Notes: generated by a model not told the origin, from the sequence alone. 64,000 bases of DNA from Veleropilina oligotropha (GCA_048128005.1 JBEUKZ010000068.1:186001-250000), one strand, 5' to 3'. Counted from the stretch's first letter, positions 28,401 to 40,337 are shown. A program made the numbers and translations.

Positions 28401-31400
28401 AGAGGGATGGAGGATTGGGGAGATTAGAGGGACAGAGGATTGGGGAGGTTAGAGGGACAGAGGATTGGGAAGGTGAGAGGGATGGAGGATTGGGGAGATT
28501 AGAGGGACAGAGGATTGGGGAGGTGAGAGGGATGGAGGATTGGGAAGGTTAGAGGGACAGAGGATTGGGGAGGTGAGAGGGACAGAGGATTGGGGAGGTG
28601 AGAGGGATGGAGGATTGGGGAGGTGAGAGGGATGGAGGATTGGGAAGGTGAGAGGGACAGAGGATTGGGGAGGTTAGAGGGACAGAGGATTGGGGAGGTG
28701 AGAGGGACAGAGGATTGGGGAGGTGAGAGGGACAGAGGATTGGGGAGGTTAGAGGGACAGAGGATTGGGGAGGTGAGAGGGACAGAGGATTGGGGAGGTG
28801 AGAGGGATGGAGGATTGGGGAGGTTAGAGGGACAGAGGATTGGGGAGGTTAGAGGGACAGAGGATTGGGGAGGTTAGAGGGACAGAGGATTGGGGAGGTG
28901 AGAGGGACAGAGGATTGGGGAGGTGAGAGGGACAGAGGATTGGGGAGGTTAGAGGGACAGAGGATTGGGGAGGTGAGAGGGATGGAGGATTGGGGAGGTG
29001 AGAGGGATGGAGGATTGGGAAGGTGAGAGGGACAGAGGATTGGGGAGGTTAGAGGGACAGAGGATTGGGGAGGTGAGAGGGACAGAGGATTGGGGAGGTG
29101 AGAGGGACAGAGGATTGGGGAGGTTAGAGGGACAGAGGATTGGGGAGGTGAGAGGGACAGAGGATTGGGGAGGTGAGAGGGATGGAGGATTGGGGAGGTT
29201 AGAGGGACAGAGGATTGGGGAGGTTAGAGGGACAGAGGATTGGGGAGGTTAGAGGGACAGAGGATTGGGGAGGTTAGAGGGACAGAGGATTGGGGAGGTT
29301 AGAGGGACAGAGGATTGGGGAGGTTAGAGGGACAGAGGATTGGGGAGGTTAGAGGGACAGAGGATTGGGGAGATTAGAGGGACAGAGGATTGGGGAGGTG
29401 AGAGGGATGGAGGATTGGGGAGGTTAGAGGGATGGAGGATTGGGGAGGTGAGAGGGACAGAGGATTGGGGAGGTTAGAGGGACAGAGGATTGGGGAGGTG
29501 AGAGGGACAGAGGATTGGGGAGGTGAGAGGGATGGAGGATTGGGGAGGTTAGAGGGACAGAGGATTGGGGAGGTGAGAGGGATGGAGGATTGGGGAGGTG
29601 AGAGGGATGGAGGATTGGGGAGGTGAGAGGGATGGAGGATTGGGGAGGTTAGAGGGACAGAGGATTGGGGAGGTGAGAGGGATGGAGGATTGGGGAGGTT
29701 AGAGGGACAGAGGATTGGGAAGGTGAGAGGGATGGAGGATTGGGGAGATTAGAGGGACAGAGGATTGGGGAGGTTAGAGGGACAGAGGATTGGGGAGGTT
29801 AGAGGGACAGAGGATTGGGGAGATTAGAGGGACAGAGGATTGGGGAGGTGAGAGGGACAGAGGATTGGGGAGGTTAGAGGGACAGAGGATTGGGGAGGTG
29901 AGAGGGATGGAGGATTGGGGAGATTAGAGGGACAGAGGATTGGGGAGGTGAGAGGGACAGAGGATTGGGGAGGTGAGAGGGATGGAGGATTGGGGAGATT
30001 AGAGGGACAGAGGATTGGGGAGGTGAGAGGGATGGAGGATTGGGGAGATTAGAGGGACAGAGGATTGGGGAGGTTAGAGGGACAGAGGATTGGGAAGGTG
30101 AGAGGGATGGAGGATTGGGGAGATTAGAGGGACAGAGGATTGGGAAGGTGAGAGGGATGGAGGATTGGGGAGATTAGAGGGACAGAGGATTGGGGAGGTG
30201 AGAGGGACAGAGGATTGGGGAGGTGAGAGGGATGGAGGATTGGGGAGGTGAGAGGGATGGAGGATTGGGGAGGTGAGAGGGATGGAGGATTGGGGAGGTG
30301 AGAGGGACAGAGGATTGGGGAGGTTAGAGGGACAGAGGATTGGGAAGGTGAGAGGGATGGAGGATTGGGGAGGTGAGAGGGATGGAGGATTGGGGAGGTT
30401 AGAGGGACAGAGGATTGGGGAGGTGAGAGGGACAGAGGATTGGGGAGGTTAGAGGGGCAGAGGATTGGGGAGGTTAGAGAGACAGAGGATTGGGGAGGTT
30501 AGAGGGACAGAGGATTGGGGAGATTAGAGGGACAGAGGATTGGGGAGGTGAGAGGGACAGAGGATTGGGGAGGTTAGAGGGACAGAGGATTGGGGAGGTG
30601 AGAGGGACAGAGGATTGGGGAGGTTAGAGGGACAGAGGATTGGGGAGGTGAGAGGGACAGAGGATTGGGGAGGTGAGAGGGATGGAGGATTGGGGAGGTT
30701 AGAGGGACAGAGGATTGGGGAGGTGAGAGGGATGGAGGATTGGGGAGGTGAGAGGGATGGAGGATTGGGGAGGTTAGAGGGATGGAGGATTGGGGCGGTT
30801 AGAGGGACAGAGGATTGGGGAGGTTAGAGAGACAGAGGATTGGGGAAGTTCGAGGGATGGAGGATTGGGGAGGTTAGAGGGATGGAGGATTGGGGCGGTT
30901 AGAGGGACAGAGGATTGAGGAAGTTCGAGGGATGGAGGATTGGGGAGGTTAGAGGGATGGAGGATTGGGGAGGTTAGAGGGATGGAGGATTGGGGAGGTT
31001 AGAGGGACAGAGGATTGGGGCGGTTAGAGGGGCAGAGGATTATGGAGGTTAGAGAGACAGAGGATTGGGGAGGTTAGAGGGATGGAGGATTGGGGAGGCT
31101 AGAGGGACAGAGGATTTGGGAAGTTCGAGGGATGGAGGATTGGGGAGGTTAGAGGGACAGAGGATTGGGGAAGTTAGAGGGATGGAGGATTGGGGAGGTT
31201 AGAGAGACAGAGGATTGGGGAGGTTAGAGGGACAGAGGATTGGGTAGGTTGGAGGGACAGAGGATTGGGTAGGTTAGAGGGACAGAGGATTGGGGACGTT
31301 AGAGAGATGGAGGATTGGGGAGGTTAGAGGGATGAAGGATTGGGGAGGTTAGAGGGATGGAGGATTGGGGTAGGTTAGAGGGATGCAGGATTGGGGAGGT

Positions 31401-31793
31401 TAGAGAGACGGGGGATTGGGGAGGTTAGAGGGATGGAGGATTGGGGAGGTTAGATGGACAGAGGATTGGGCAGGTTAGAGGGACGGAGGTTTGGGGAGGT
31501 TAGATGGATGGAGGATTGGGGAGGTTAGGGGACGGATAATTGGGGAGGTTAGAGGGATGGAGGATTGGGGAGGTTAGAGGGACGGAGGACTGGGGAGGCT
31601 AGAGGGATAGAGGATTGGGGAGGTTATAGGGACGGAGGATTGGGGAGGTTAGAGGGACGGAGGATTGGGGTGGTTAGAGGGACGGAGGACTTGGGAAGCT
31701 AGAGGGATAGAGGATTGGGGAGGTTAGAGGGACCGAGGGTTAGGGAGGTTAGAGGGATGGAGGATTGGGGAGGTTAGAGGGTTAGGGTTAGGG
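19472..31793. repeat. 12.3-kb G-rich 25-bp minisatellite (~490 units) ending in (TTAGGG)2
   Basis: gagggacagaggattggggaggtta and variants; units degenerate at both edges. Confidence 0.98.
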
Positions 31794-32169
31794 AAATAAA
31801 GTGGCCAAACCGCTGGGCCTAGGGACTTTATATTTGGGGTGTGGGTAGCTGGGGTCCATATAAGTAATATGCGCTGCGGAATTTGATGTGTCCATATGGG
31901 GGGTTGAAGTTTTTAAAATTTGATAGGTTATAAAATCAGTAATATACATGGTAGACGCTTGACATTTATTGTACTTACAGCTTCTATGAGTGAGAACATA
32001 GGCTACAAATATGAAGGTTCTATCTTTAATTTTCGTGATTTTAGGGGGGTTTGTAATATGTCAAAGGGGTGCCCGATTATAATTTGTGTATATACGCCCA
32101 CAAATGGACACAATAGACGTTAGAGAGCTGAAACTTGGCACAAGTATGGTTGATGATCAGGTATATAAG

Positions 32170-34980
32170 TATGCAAAATGGCATTGCCGTATCTTCTGTT
32201 GTGTCCATTTTCAGGTGGGTCTAAACATGCCCCGCCTTCCAAAATGTACCGATACAGACAATTTCCGTTCGTAAATACGCTATGCAATGGACACAAAACA
32301 TGTCACGATGTAGAAACTTTACAGAACGACAGTCGATTCACTTGTCTAATTGTGTGGAATGTTTCATTGCAGTACTTGTTGTTGTGCCCATGTGTCGAGG
32401 GTTCTAAACATGCCACCCCCTCCAAAATGTACGGATACGGTCAATTCCCGTTCGTAAATATGCTATGCAATGGACACAAAACATGTCACGATGTAGAAAC
32501 TTTACAGAACGACAGTCAATTCCCTTGTCTAAATTTGTGGAAAGTTTCCTTGCAAGATTTGATGATGTATCCATTTGCCTGATGTTCTAAACATGCCACC
32601 ACCTCCCAAATGTTGGGATACGGGAAATGGCCGTTCGTAATTACGCTATGCAATCGACACAAAAAATGTGACTATGTAGAAACTTTACAGAACGACAGTC
32701 GATTCACTTGTCTAATTAGGTGGAAAGGTTCATGGCAGTGCTTGATGTTGTGTCCATTTTCCGGGTATATAAACATGCCACCCCCTCCAAAATGTAACGA
32801 TACGGGCAATTTCCGTTCGCAAATACGCTATGCAATGAACACAAAACATGTCACGATGTAGAAACCTTAGAGAACGACAGTCGATTCAATTGTCTAAAGG
32901 TGTGGAAAGTTTCACTGCCGTACTTGATGTTGTGTCCATTTGCCGGGTGTACTAAACATGCCACTCCTTCAAAATGTAGCGATACGGGCAATCTCCGATC
33001 ATAAATAAGCTATGCAATGGACACAAAACATGTCACGATGTAGAAACGACAGTAGAATCACTTGTCTAAATGTGTGTAAAGTTTCATTGCATGATTGGAC
33101 GATGTGTCCATTTGCCGGGGTTCTAAACATGGCTCACCCTCCAAAATGTAGCGATACGGACAATTTCCATTCGTAAATAAGCTATGCAATGGAGACAAAA
33201 CATGTCACGATGTAGAAACTTTACAGAACGACAGTTGATTCACTTACCTAACAGTGTGGAATGTTTCATTGCAGTACTTAATGTTGTGTCCATTTGCCGG
33301 GTGTTCTAAACATGCCAACCCCTCCAAAATGTTGCGATACCGGCAATTTCCGTTCGTAAATACGCTATTCAATGGCCAAAAACATGTGACGTGCAGAAAC
33401 TTTGCAGACAGTCGATTCACTTGTCTAAATGTGTGGAAAGTTTCATTGCATTACTTGATGTTGTGTCCATTGGCAGGATGTTCTAAACATGCAGCCCCCT
33501 CCAAAATGTAGCGATACGGGTAATCTCCGATCGTAAATACGTTATGCAATGGACACAAAACATGTCACGATGTAGAAACTTTACAGAACGACAGTGGAAA
33601 CAGTTGTCTAAATGTGTGGAAAGTTTCATTGCATGATTTGATGATGTGGCCATTTTTCCGAGGTTCTAAACATGGCACCCCCTCCTAAATGTAGCGATAC
33701 GGGAAATTTCCGTTCCTAAATACGCTATGCAATGGAGAAAAAACATGTCACGATGTAGAATCTTTAGAGAACGACAGTCGATTCACTTGTCTAAATGTGT
33801 GGAAAGTTTCATTGCCGTACTTGACATTGTGTCAATTTGCCGGGTGTTCTAAACATGCCACCCCCTCCAAAATGTAGCGATACGGGCAATCTCCGATCGT
33901 AAATACGTTATGCAATGGACACAAAACATGTCACGATGTAGAAACTTTACAGAACGACAGTGGAAACACTTGTCTAAATGTGTGGAAAGTTTCATTGCAT
34001 GATTTGATGATGTGGCCATTTTTCCGAGGTTCTAAACATGGCACCCCCTCCTAAATGTAGCGATACGGGAAATTTCCGTTCCTAAATACGCTATGCAATG
34101 GAGAAAAAACATGTCACGATGTAGAAACTTTACAGAACGACAGTCGATTCACTTGTCTAATTGTGTGGAATGTTTCATTGCAGTACTTGTTGTTGTGCCC
34201 ATGTGCCGATGGTCTAAACATGCCACCCCCTCCAAAGTGTAGGGATAAGGGAAATTTCCGTCCGTAAATACGCTATGCAATGGACACAAAACATGTCACG
34301 GTATAGAAACTTTACAGAGCGACAGTCAATTCACTTGTCTAAATGTGTGGAAAGTTTCATTGCCGTACTTGATGTTGTGTCCATTTGCAGGGTGTTCTAA
34401 ACATGCCACTCCCTCCAAAATGTAGCGATACGGGCAATCTCCGATCGTAAATACGCTATGCAATGGACACAAAACATGTCACGATGTAGAAACTTTACAG
34501 AACGACAGTCGAATCACTTTTCCAAATGTGTGGAAAGTTTCATTGCATGATTTGATGATGTGTCCATTTCCCGGGGGTTCTAAACATGGCTCCCCCTCCA
34601 AAATGTAGCGATACGGACAATTTCCATTCCTAAATTCGCTATCCAATGGACACAAAACATGTCACGATGAAGAAACTATAAAGAACGACAGTCGATTCAC
34701 TTGTATAATTGTGTGGAAAGTTTCATTGCATTACTGGATGTTGTGTCCATTGGCCGGGTGTTCTAAACATGCCACCCCCTCCAAAATGTAGCGATGCGGG
34801 CAATCTCCGATCGTAAATACGCTATGCAATGGACACAACACATGTCACGATGTAGAAGCTTTACAGAACGACAGTCGAATTACTTGTCTAAATGTGTGGA
34901 AAGTTTCATTGCATGATTTGATGATGTGTCCATTTGCCTGGGGTTCTTAACATGGCTCAGCCTCCAAAATGTAGCGATAA
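32170..34980. repeat. ~183-bp satellite (~15 copies) with a local 366-bp dimer periodicity
   Basis: tatgcaatgg-like motif at 32281, 32464, 32647, 32829 and onward; near-identical blocks at ~33541 and ~33907. Confidence 0.92.
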
Positions 34981-34986
34981 GTCCAA

Positions 34987-35412
34987 ACTTATTGAAGATG
35001 AAGAAGTATGCAGTGGATCATTGATTCTTATCATTGCATAACACGTGTCCGTTTCCAGTTGATTGCAAGGCAGAATTTAAATAAGGTCCAGTGTAGCACA
35101 TTTGATAAATGTGATCCAAAAGCGACAACATTTATTAAATGTGTTCCAACTAGGATGGCATGTATCGTTGCTTGATGGGCCAAATGCGTTCCTGTGCTCC
35201 TAAATGTATTAATTTATAGAATAAGTATGCACTGGAGCATTGATTCTTATCATTGCATAACATGTGTCCATTTCCAGTTGATTGCAATGCAGAATTTATA
35301 TAAGGTCCAGTTGTAGCACATTTGGTTAATTTGATCCAAAAGCGACAACATTTTTAAAATTTGTTCCAACTAGGATGGCATGAATCGTTGCTTGATGGGC
35401 CAAATGCATTCC
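34987..35412. repeat. ~205-220-bp satellite, left part (interrupted by the viral element)
   Basis: attgattcttatcattgcataaca at ~35020 and ~35239; the same unit resumes at 51815. Confidence 0.9.
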
Positions 35413-35550
35413 AGCAGCAGGGGGGGTGACCATACCTTTTATGTGGGGGCGCGGCGAGGGAAATTAAGGCTCCCAGCACCTTTTCAGAATTAATATGGAT
35501 CTCAACTCAGCAGCAGGGGGGGTGAGTGTACTTTTTAGAATGGGAAAATA
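35413..35550 (+). repeat. Left terminal inverted repeat (near-perfect core ~138 bp)
   Basis: Reverse complement of 51678-51814 apart from one G in the first G-run. Confidence 0.95.
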
Positions 35551-35833
35551 CGGCTCCCAGCACCTGTTCAGAACTGAGCTGGTATTACTGAGGGGGACTA
35601 GGGAGTTAGGGTGGGGCCCGGGGGCCCGGGGGTGGAGGCTCCCAGCTATATTTCAGACCCGAGGGTATATCGTGTATTACAAAAAGTTACCGTGTGTACA
35701 GCGACATAGAGCCCCCAGGGACGGCCCACTACTGCTCGCCGGCCCGGGCTCCTCAGTTATGCGAGCAGCAGCAGTGGGGGTGATTGGACTTTTTAGAATG
35801 GCAAAATAGCAGCCCGGCGAAGGCTACAGGACA

Positions 35834-36187
35834 TCACTGAGGGCCCGCCAGCGTTTGATTTCGTGCAACTCCCTTTCTACCGTCTTTGGTCTTCTTCTTA
35901 TATATCGCTTGTTCACCATTGTCGAGTACAACGATCAAAACGTTATAGCCCCGGTTTAAGAGGTTTTTAACGCGCCTGAAGCTCCGTTCGCTGTACAGCG
36001 TAGGAATGTCTTCCTGCGGCATGTTGCTTTCAAGTATAACTACACAACGTCTAACATGCCGATATAGTAGTATGTAGTAAGAGCCCGTAGGGACGGCCCA
36101 CAACCCTCGCCGGCCCGGGCTCTCTTTTAGACATACCCATCGGACGGGTATATCCAATGCAAAGGATACGATGTGGGGAACGGACAC
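35834..36187 (-). CDS. Hypothetical viral protein (117 aa; true start may be downstream)
   Basis: ORF only. Confidence 0.35.
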   Translation of the reverse strand: MSVPHIVSFALDIPVRWVCLKESPGRRGLWAVPTGSYYILLYRHVRRCVVILESNMPQEDIPTLYSERSFRRVKNLLNRGYNVLIVVLDNGEQAIYKKKTKDGRKGVARNQTLAGPQ

Positions 36188-36446
36188 CTGTCAATGGCTC
36201 ACCATCAGCTCCACGGAGCTATGTGGTAAGAGATGTCTGAACACGTATTGCAAAGTCCACCTGGCTCGGCTACGGCGAAATGGCTGGGGCACAAAGCCCT
36301 GCATCAAATGCGGCAAAGGCGTCTTTAACCGGTTTACGTTGTGCCGGGGTTGTGGGTATCAGAATGAAGACGTTAAGGACTGGCAACGAAAGAAAAGGGC
36401 CTTCCAGAGAGAGTTTCGCCGCATGGCTGCAATCTACCACACGTAA
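36171..36446 (+). CDS. Small Cys/His-rich putative zinc-finger protein (91 aa)
   Basis: C..CGKRC..YCKVH, CIKC and CRGC; lies just upstream of the replication gene. Confidence 0.6.
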   Translation: MWGTDTCQWLTISSTELCGKRCLNTYCKVHLARLRRNGWGTKPCIKCGKGVFNRFTLCRGCGYQNEDVKDWQRKKRAFQREFRRMAAIYHT

Positions 36447-36461
36447 TTTCCTATTAGAGAA

Positions 36462-39400
36462 ATGATTTGGCGTAGTGTATACCCCCCCAGCAACATGGAT
36501 GACCTGCGCAATCTAGCGAAAGATTATGGGATTCCCGCTCGGTCGAAGCTCAAGAAGCACGACCTCGTCAGGGCAATCGCCAGGGTCCGTGCTGCGGAGT
36601 TTCGGAGCAGACTCGAGCGGGCGATGAAAACGGGAAGGTTCCCCTCCATACGTGGAGATGTGGAGAACCCCCACAAAAGAGGCCGACGTGCTCGCGAGTT
36701 GCGGCAGATTAAGGACGAGGTCGACGCCGCCCTGCAGGCTCGTAAATACGAATCCCAGGCTGAGAAAAATCCCAGGATTCGACTGAAGCCACTTCGCGCC
36801 ATCACGGATCGAATCGTCAAGCGGTCTCGGAAAGAGACCCTTGCCCATGCTATTGCTCGGAAGGGGCCCGATCTTCTCATCTCCAAAATGCCCCGGACAG
36901 CCCAGGACTACCAGAAGGATCTTCTAGGGCAATTTACCACACCCGAGGGACAACGATTCATCGACCTGGATGACCAGGTCCCTCCCCCAGTAAGGCTCCC
37001 AGCAAAAGAGCCATGGGTGGAACTCTTGAGCGACGCCAAAGACGAGTTTGAGGTCGATGGCGCCGCGGCGGCTTTCTCCACATGGAGGGTAGAAGTGGCT
37101 GGACGGCTGGCCCTGGATGCCCGTATGACAGATGCAAGGGCGGCACAGCTCCTCACAGCCCTTCCAAAGGGCGAGTATGTCCTTAGAATAAAGTTCTTGC
37201 GTGAGTGGAGTGAGGGCGACTGGGTGGTCGAAGACAAGTTTGACCCGGTGAAAGCTGCGAGGAAGAAGGGCCAGGGTGTCTTTGAGATCTCTCAGGACAC
37301 TAAGCCGGGTGCTATCACCGGGGTCGACAAGGTCTACTACGAGAATGCCTACCCGGTCACTGCAGTCGTCTACGGCGTCTATCCTCTCAGAGAACCAAAC
37401 CCCGCCAACCTGGTTCCGATGAAGAACGGCGACCTCAACTGCGTTGCCCAACGAGTGGTTGAGCACTTCGAAGGTGCCCTTAGAGGACACGGACTCACCC
37501 CGACAAGGCGGCAGAAAATACTGGAGTGGGAAGAGCGAGTCCATGTAACAGGCGCCACTGTGGATGATATAGCTACCCTCGAGAAGATCCTCAAACGGGC
37601 GATCACCTTGAGAGACATTGCAGGTGCCGACATCTACAACAGTGGGAAATACCAGGCCAGTATGTGGAAGTCCATAGAACTCATCTGTCACAACGGCCAC
37701 GCCTGGTCGAAGGACCTACACTTCCCGCAAAGTAGAGAGGTCCACCTGTATGAGGGCGATGTCTGGGAAGCTATTCGACAAGCCACACAGAATGAGCCAT
37801 TGGCTGTCTGGCTCCTAGGCGGTAAAGACCGACAGCTCGGCGTGGACCAGTTCGTGCTGCAAGATGGCCGCACGTACCGGACAAAAGAGGCTCACGAGAG
37901 ACTCCAAGAAGCCTGTACAGCGCTGGGGAATGAGTCCCTAGCCGATCGAGCCTTTGGCGTGAACCATGCAGCTAGCATTATGGCCAAAGAGACCAACGGC
38001 TGGAAACCGACCCCAGCGGGCCTGCTCGATGACATCCAGAAGGCCTGTGTAGAGCATGGCCACGGCGGCCTGTGGAATTCCATGAATTACGACACGGGCG
38101 ATGTCTGCTGCATCGATATGAAATCCTGCTACCCTGCAAGCTTTCTGGGGAAGGGCGAGGCTAAGCCCTATTTCGAAAGATTCGGACACCCACTCCACAG
38201 CATGACCCGGGTCGCAATTAACGGTCCTCTACCCCAAGATATCGGGACCGGGTTTGCTGAGGTCGTGGAATGGGAGTTCGCACAAGACATCCACCCCGTC
38301 ATTGTAGCATGGTTCGGAAAGCACTTTGCAGAGAATGGATGGGCACCCACCCCGCTGCTCGCCTTCCTCGTAGACTCTGGACTGCTAAAAAGCCTCAAGA
38401 TCCGAGAGGCCATCATCGCGTTCAAAAACCAGACCGATGTCTGGCTTCCGGAGAATCGTGACCAGGGCTGCAGCATTATCGGCAAATTCACCCAAGGCGC
38501 CAAAGCCGATGGCAAAAGATTGACTCGTAGACTGGTGACCGACCAGGGTGAGCTCGACTTCCTCGTAAGAGACACCCGCCAAAGCGGCACCCTGGTTGGC
38601 GCTCCTCAGAGATGCCCCCTCGGTCACATCCTCACGTACTATGATGGCTCCCAGCCTCAGTACGCCCACCTGAGGGCATCCATGTTGGCCTATGCACACA
38701 TAAACCTCTTGAGCATGCTGAAGCGTTTCAGTGCAGCAGAAGCCGTCCGGGTAGCCACGGACAGCATCTACCTCAAGAAGGCCTCGTTGGAGAAGCTCGA
38801 CGATGTCACGGTGTACGTTGCCCCCAGACTCTGCGGCTGTGGCGAGAAATCGTGCATCTCATGTCTGATCGCGGAGCCGTACCTTCCGCCAGTAGCACCA
38901 GCCCAGTGGCGTGACAAGGGCGAACAGCTGTATATGCCACAGGAACATGCCGCATACCTACCCAAGCCAGAGTATTGTTGTGCCGCCAATTCCAGCCAGC
39001 CGAGCACCGCGCCATGCTACAATGACACACTGACCCACCATCGCCTGAGTTACCTCAATGGTGGAGGGGGCTGTGGCAAGACTACGAGAGCGATCGAGCT
39101 CTTCCGGGCAAGGAATCCCGTCGTGTTCACACCAACCCACCGCCTCGCTAAAGAGATGCGGACCAGAGGCGTCAAAGCCCAGACCTACCACAGCTTCTTC
39201 CGATGGAGCGGCCAGAACGACTGGACGCCTGATCGCATGGGTCAGAAGTTCATCCCGCGCGTCATTATCTGGGACGAGGTCTGTACTGTTCCCCGGCACA
39301 TCCTAGAGATGTTCTTGGACTGGCTGGGCCGCCACGAAGTGCAGGTTATCTGCTGTGGTGATCAAGGCCAGCCACCACCGATTACGGGCGAGATGCCGCA

Positions 39401-40337
39401 CGATTGGCTGCGAAAGACCGCGGACTACTATGAAGAGATCGAAGTAGACTACAGGGCGAAAGACGACCCTGCCCTCCAAGCCCTGAAAAGACGTATCCGT
39501 CTCCAGCCCGACAAAGTCCAGTGCGACGAGATGCGACGGACCCTCCCCAGCTGCCTCGGATGGGACCGGTTCGTCAACACCTGGAAGCCAGGCGACCTAA
39601 TCCTCACAAGCCGTCAGAAGGTCCGCGAACGGGCTCAAGAGCTGTTGCTCCAGAGGCACAAGGAGCACTTCCCAGACTCCATGGTGCCTATCCTGTACCA
39701 CCCCAGGGACAGCAGAAAACAGAACATCATGGTAATCATTCCGGGCACCAGCGACAGAGAGGAGCTAGTTCTGAACGACGTCGTCGAGGTCACCATTGAG
39801 GCCGCTGAGCGGGCTATCCTGACCCCGGATTGGCGCCTGGGCTATGCTCTCACCATCCATTCGAGCCAGGGTCTTACGATTCACGACCCACAGAAAGTCT
39901 GGATCATCGACGACTACCTTCAGTGGAGTAATCTCGCCTACCTAGCCGTGTCCCGGGTGGAGCTGCTGCGTCAGCTCGAACGGGTAACCTGTCCACCGGA
40001 TGAGGGTTCTGAGGACAGGCCCCCCCAAGCGCCCCAAACCGAGCAACAGCTCCGAAAGACCATCCAGAAAAAGCTTGTGGCGTACAAACGCCAGGACCAG
40101 GCAACGGGACTCCCGGGGTTTAACCTCAAGGTCGACGACATCCTGCGGCTCAGAGAGGCCCAAAACAACCGCTGCGCAGCATGCAACATAGAGCTGCTCT
40201 GGGCATATTCCCCGAAGGACACACAGCAGTTCAGTGTCGACCGTGTGGACAACAGCAGGGGCCACACCCGCGACAACGTGCGCTTAACGTGTCTGGAATG
40301 TAACCGGAAACGAGGATTTGCGGTTGTTAACGCCTGA
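36462..40337 (+). CDS. Replication protein: HeH/Rho-N-like N-terminus, divergent pPolB-like domain, SF1 (RecD/Pif1-like) helicase and C-terminal HNH-like Zn domain
   Basis: DMKSCYP (motif A), SIIGKFTQ (B-like), VATDSIY (C); helicase GGGGCGKT, WDEV, GDQGQPPP, TIHSSQGLT, YLAVSR; CAAC...SVDRVDNSRGH..DNVRLTCLECN. Confidence 0.88.
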   Translation: MIWRSVYPPSNMDDLRNLAKDYGIPARSKLKKHDLVRAIARVRAAEFRSRLERAMKTGRFPSIRGDVENPHKRGRRARELRQIKDEVDAALQARKYESQAEKNPRIRLKPLRAITDRIVKRSRKETLAHAIARKGPDLLISKMPRTAQDYQKDLLGQFTTPEGQRFIDLDDQVPPPVRLPAKEPWVELLSDAKDEFEVDGAAAAFSTWRVEVAGRLALDARMTDARAAQLLTALPKGEYVLRIKFLREWSEGDWVVEDKFDPVKAARKKGQGVFEISQDTKPGAITGVDKVYYENAYPVTAVVYGVYPLREPNPANLVPMKNGDLNCVAQRVVEHFEGALRGHGLTPTRRQKILEWEERVHVTGATVDDIATLEKILKRAITLRDIAGADIYNSGKYQASMWKSIELICHNGHAWSKDLHFPQSREVHLYEGDVWEAIRQATQNEPLAVWLLGGKDRQLGVDQFVLQDGRTYRTKEAHERLQEACTALGNESLADRAFGVNHAASIMAKETNGWKPTPAGLLDDIQKACVEHGHGGLWNSMNYDTGDVCCIDMKSCYPASFLGKGEAKPYFERFGHPLHSMTRVAINGPLPQDIGTGFAEVVEWEFAQDIHPVIVAWFGKHFAENGWAPTPLLAFLVDSGLLKSLKIREAIIAFKNQTDVWLPENRDQGCSIIGKFTQGAKADGKRLTRRLVTDQGELDFLVRDTRQSGTLVGAPQRCPLGHILTYYDGSQPQYAHLRASMLAYAHINLLSMLKRFSAAEAVRVATDSIYLKKASLEKLDDVTVYVAPRLCGCGEKSCISCLIAEPYLPPVAPAQWRDKGEQLYMPQEHAAYLPKPEYCCAANSSQPSTAPCYNDTLTHHRLSYLNGGGGCGKTTRAIELFRARNPVVFTPTHRLAKEMRTRGVKAQTYHSFFRWSGQNDWTPDRMGQKFIPRVIIWDEVCTVPRHILEMFLDWLGRHEVQVICCGDQGQPPPITGEMPHDWLRKTADYYEEIEVDYRAKDDPALQALKRRIRLQPDKVQCDEMRRTLPSCLGWDRFVNTWKPGDLILTSRQKVRERAQELLLQRHKEHFPDSMVPILYHPRDSRKQNIMVIIPGTSDREELVLNDVVEVTIEAAERAILTPDWRLGYALTIHSSQGLTIHDPQKVWIIDDYLQWSNLAYLAVSRVELLRQLERVTCPPDEGSEDRPPQAPQTEQQLRKTIQKKLVAYKRQDQATGLPGFNLKVDDILRLREAQNNRCAACNIELLWAYSPKDTQQFSVDRVDNSRGHTRDNVRLTCLECNRKRGFAVVNA

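Noticed and set aside
20240..30827. Gly/Arg/Glu-rich ORFs
   Set aside because: They are translations of the 25-bp minisatellite
32178..33511. Cys-rich ORFs in the ~183-bp array (similar ones at 52002-53630)
   Set aside because: Satellite translations with frequent stops and no consistent frame
36513..40276. Antisense and alternate-frame ORFs inside the replication gene
   Set aside because: Expected shadows of GC-rich coding DNA; no motifs
36462..40337. Helitron RepHel
   Set aside because: No HUH Rep motifs; the element has TIRs, a TSD and an integrase
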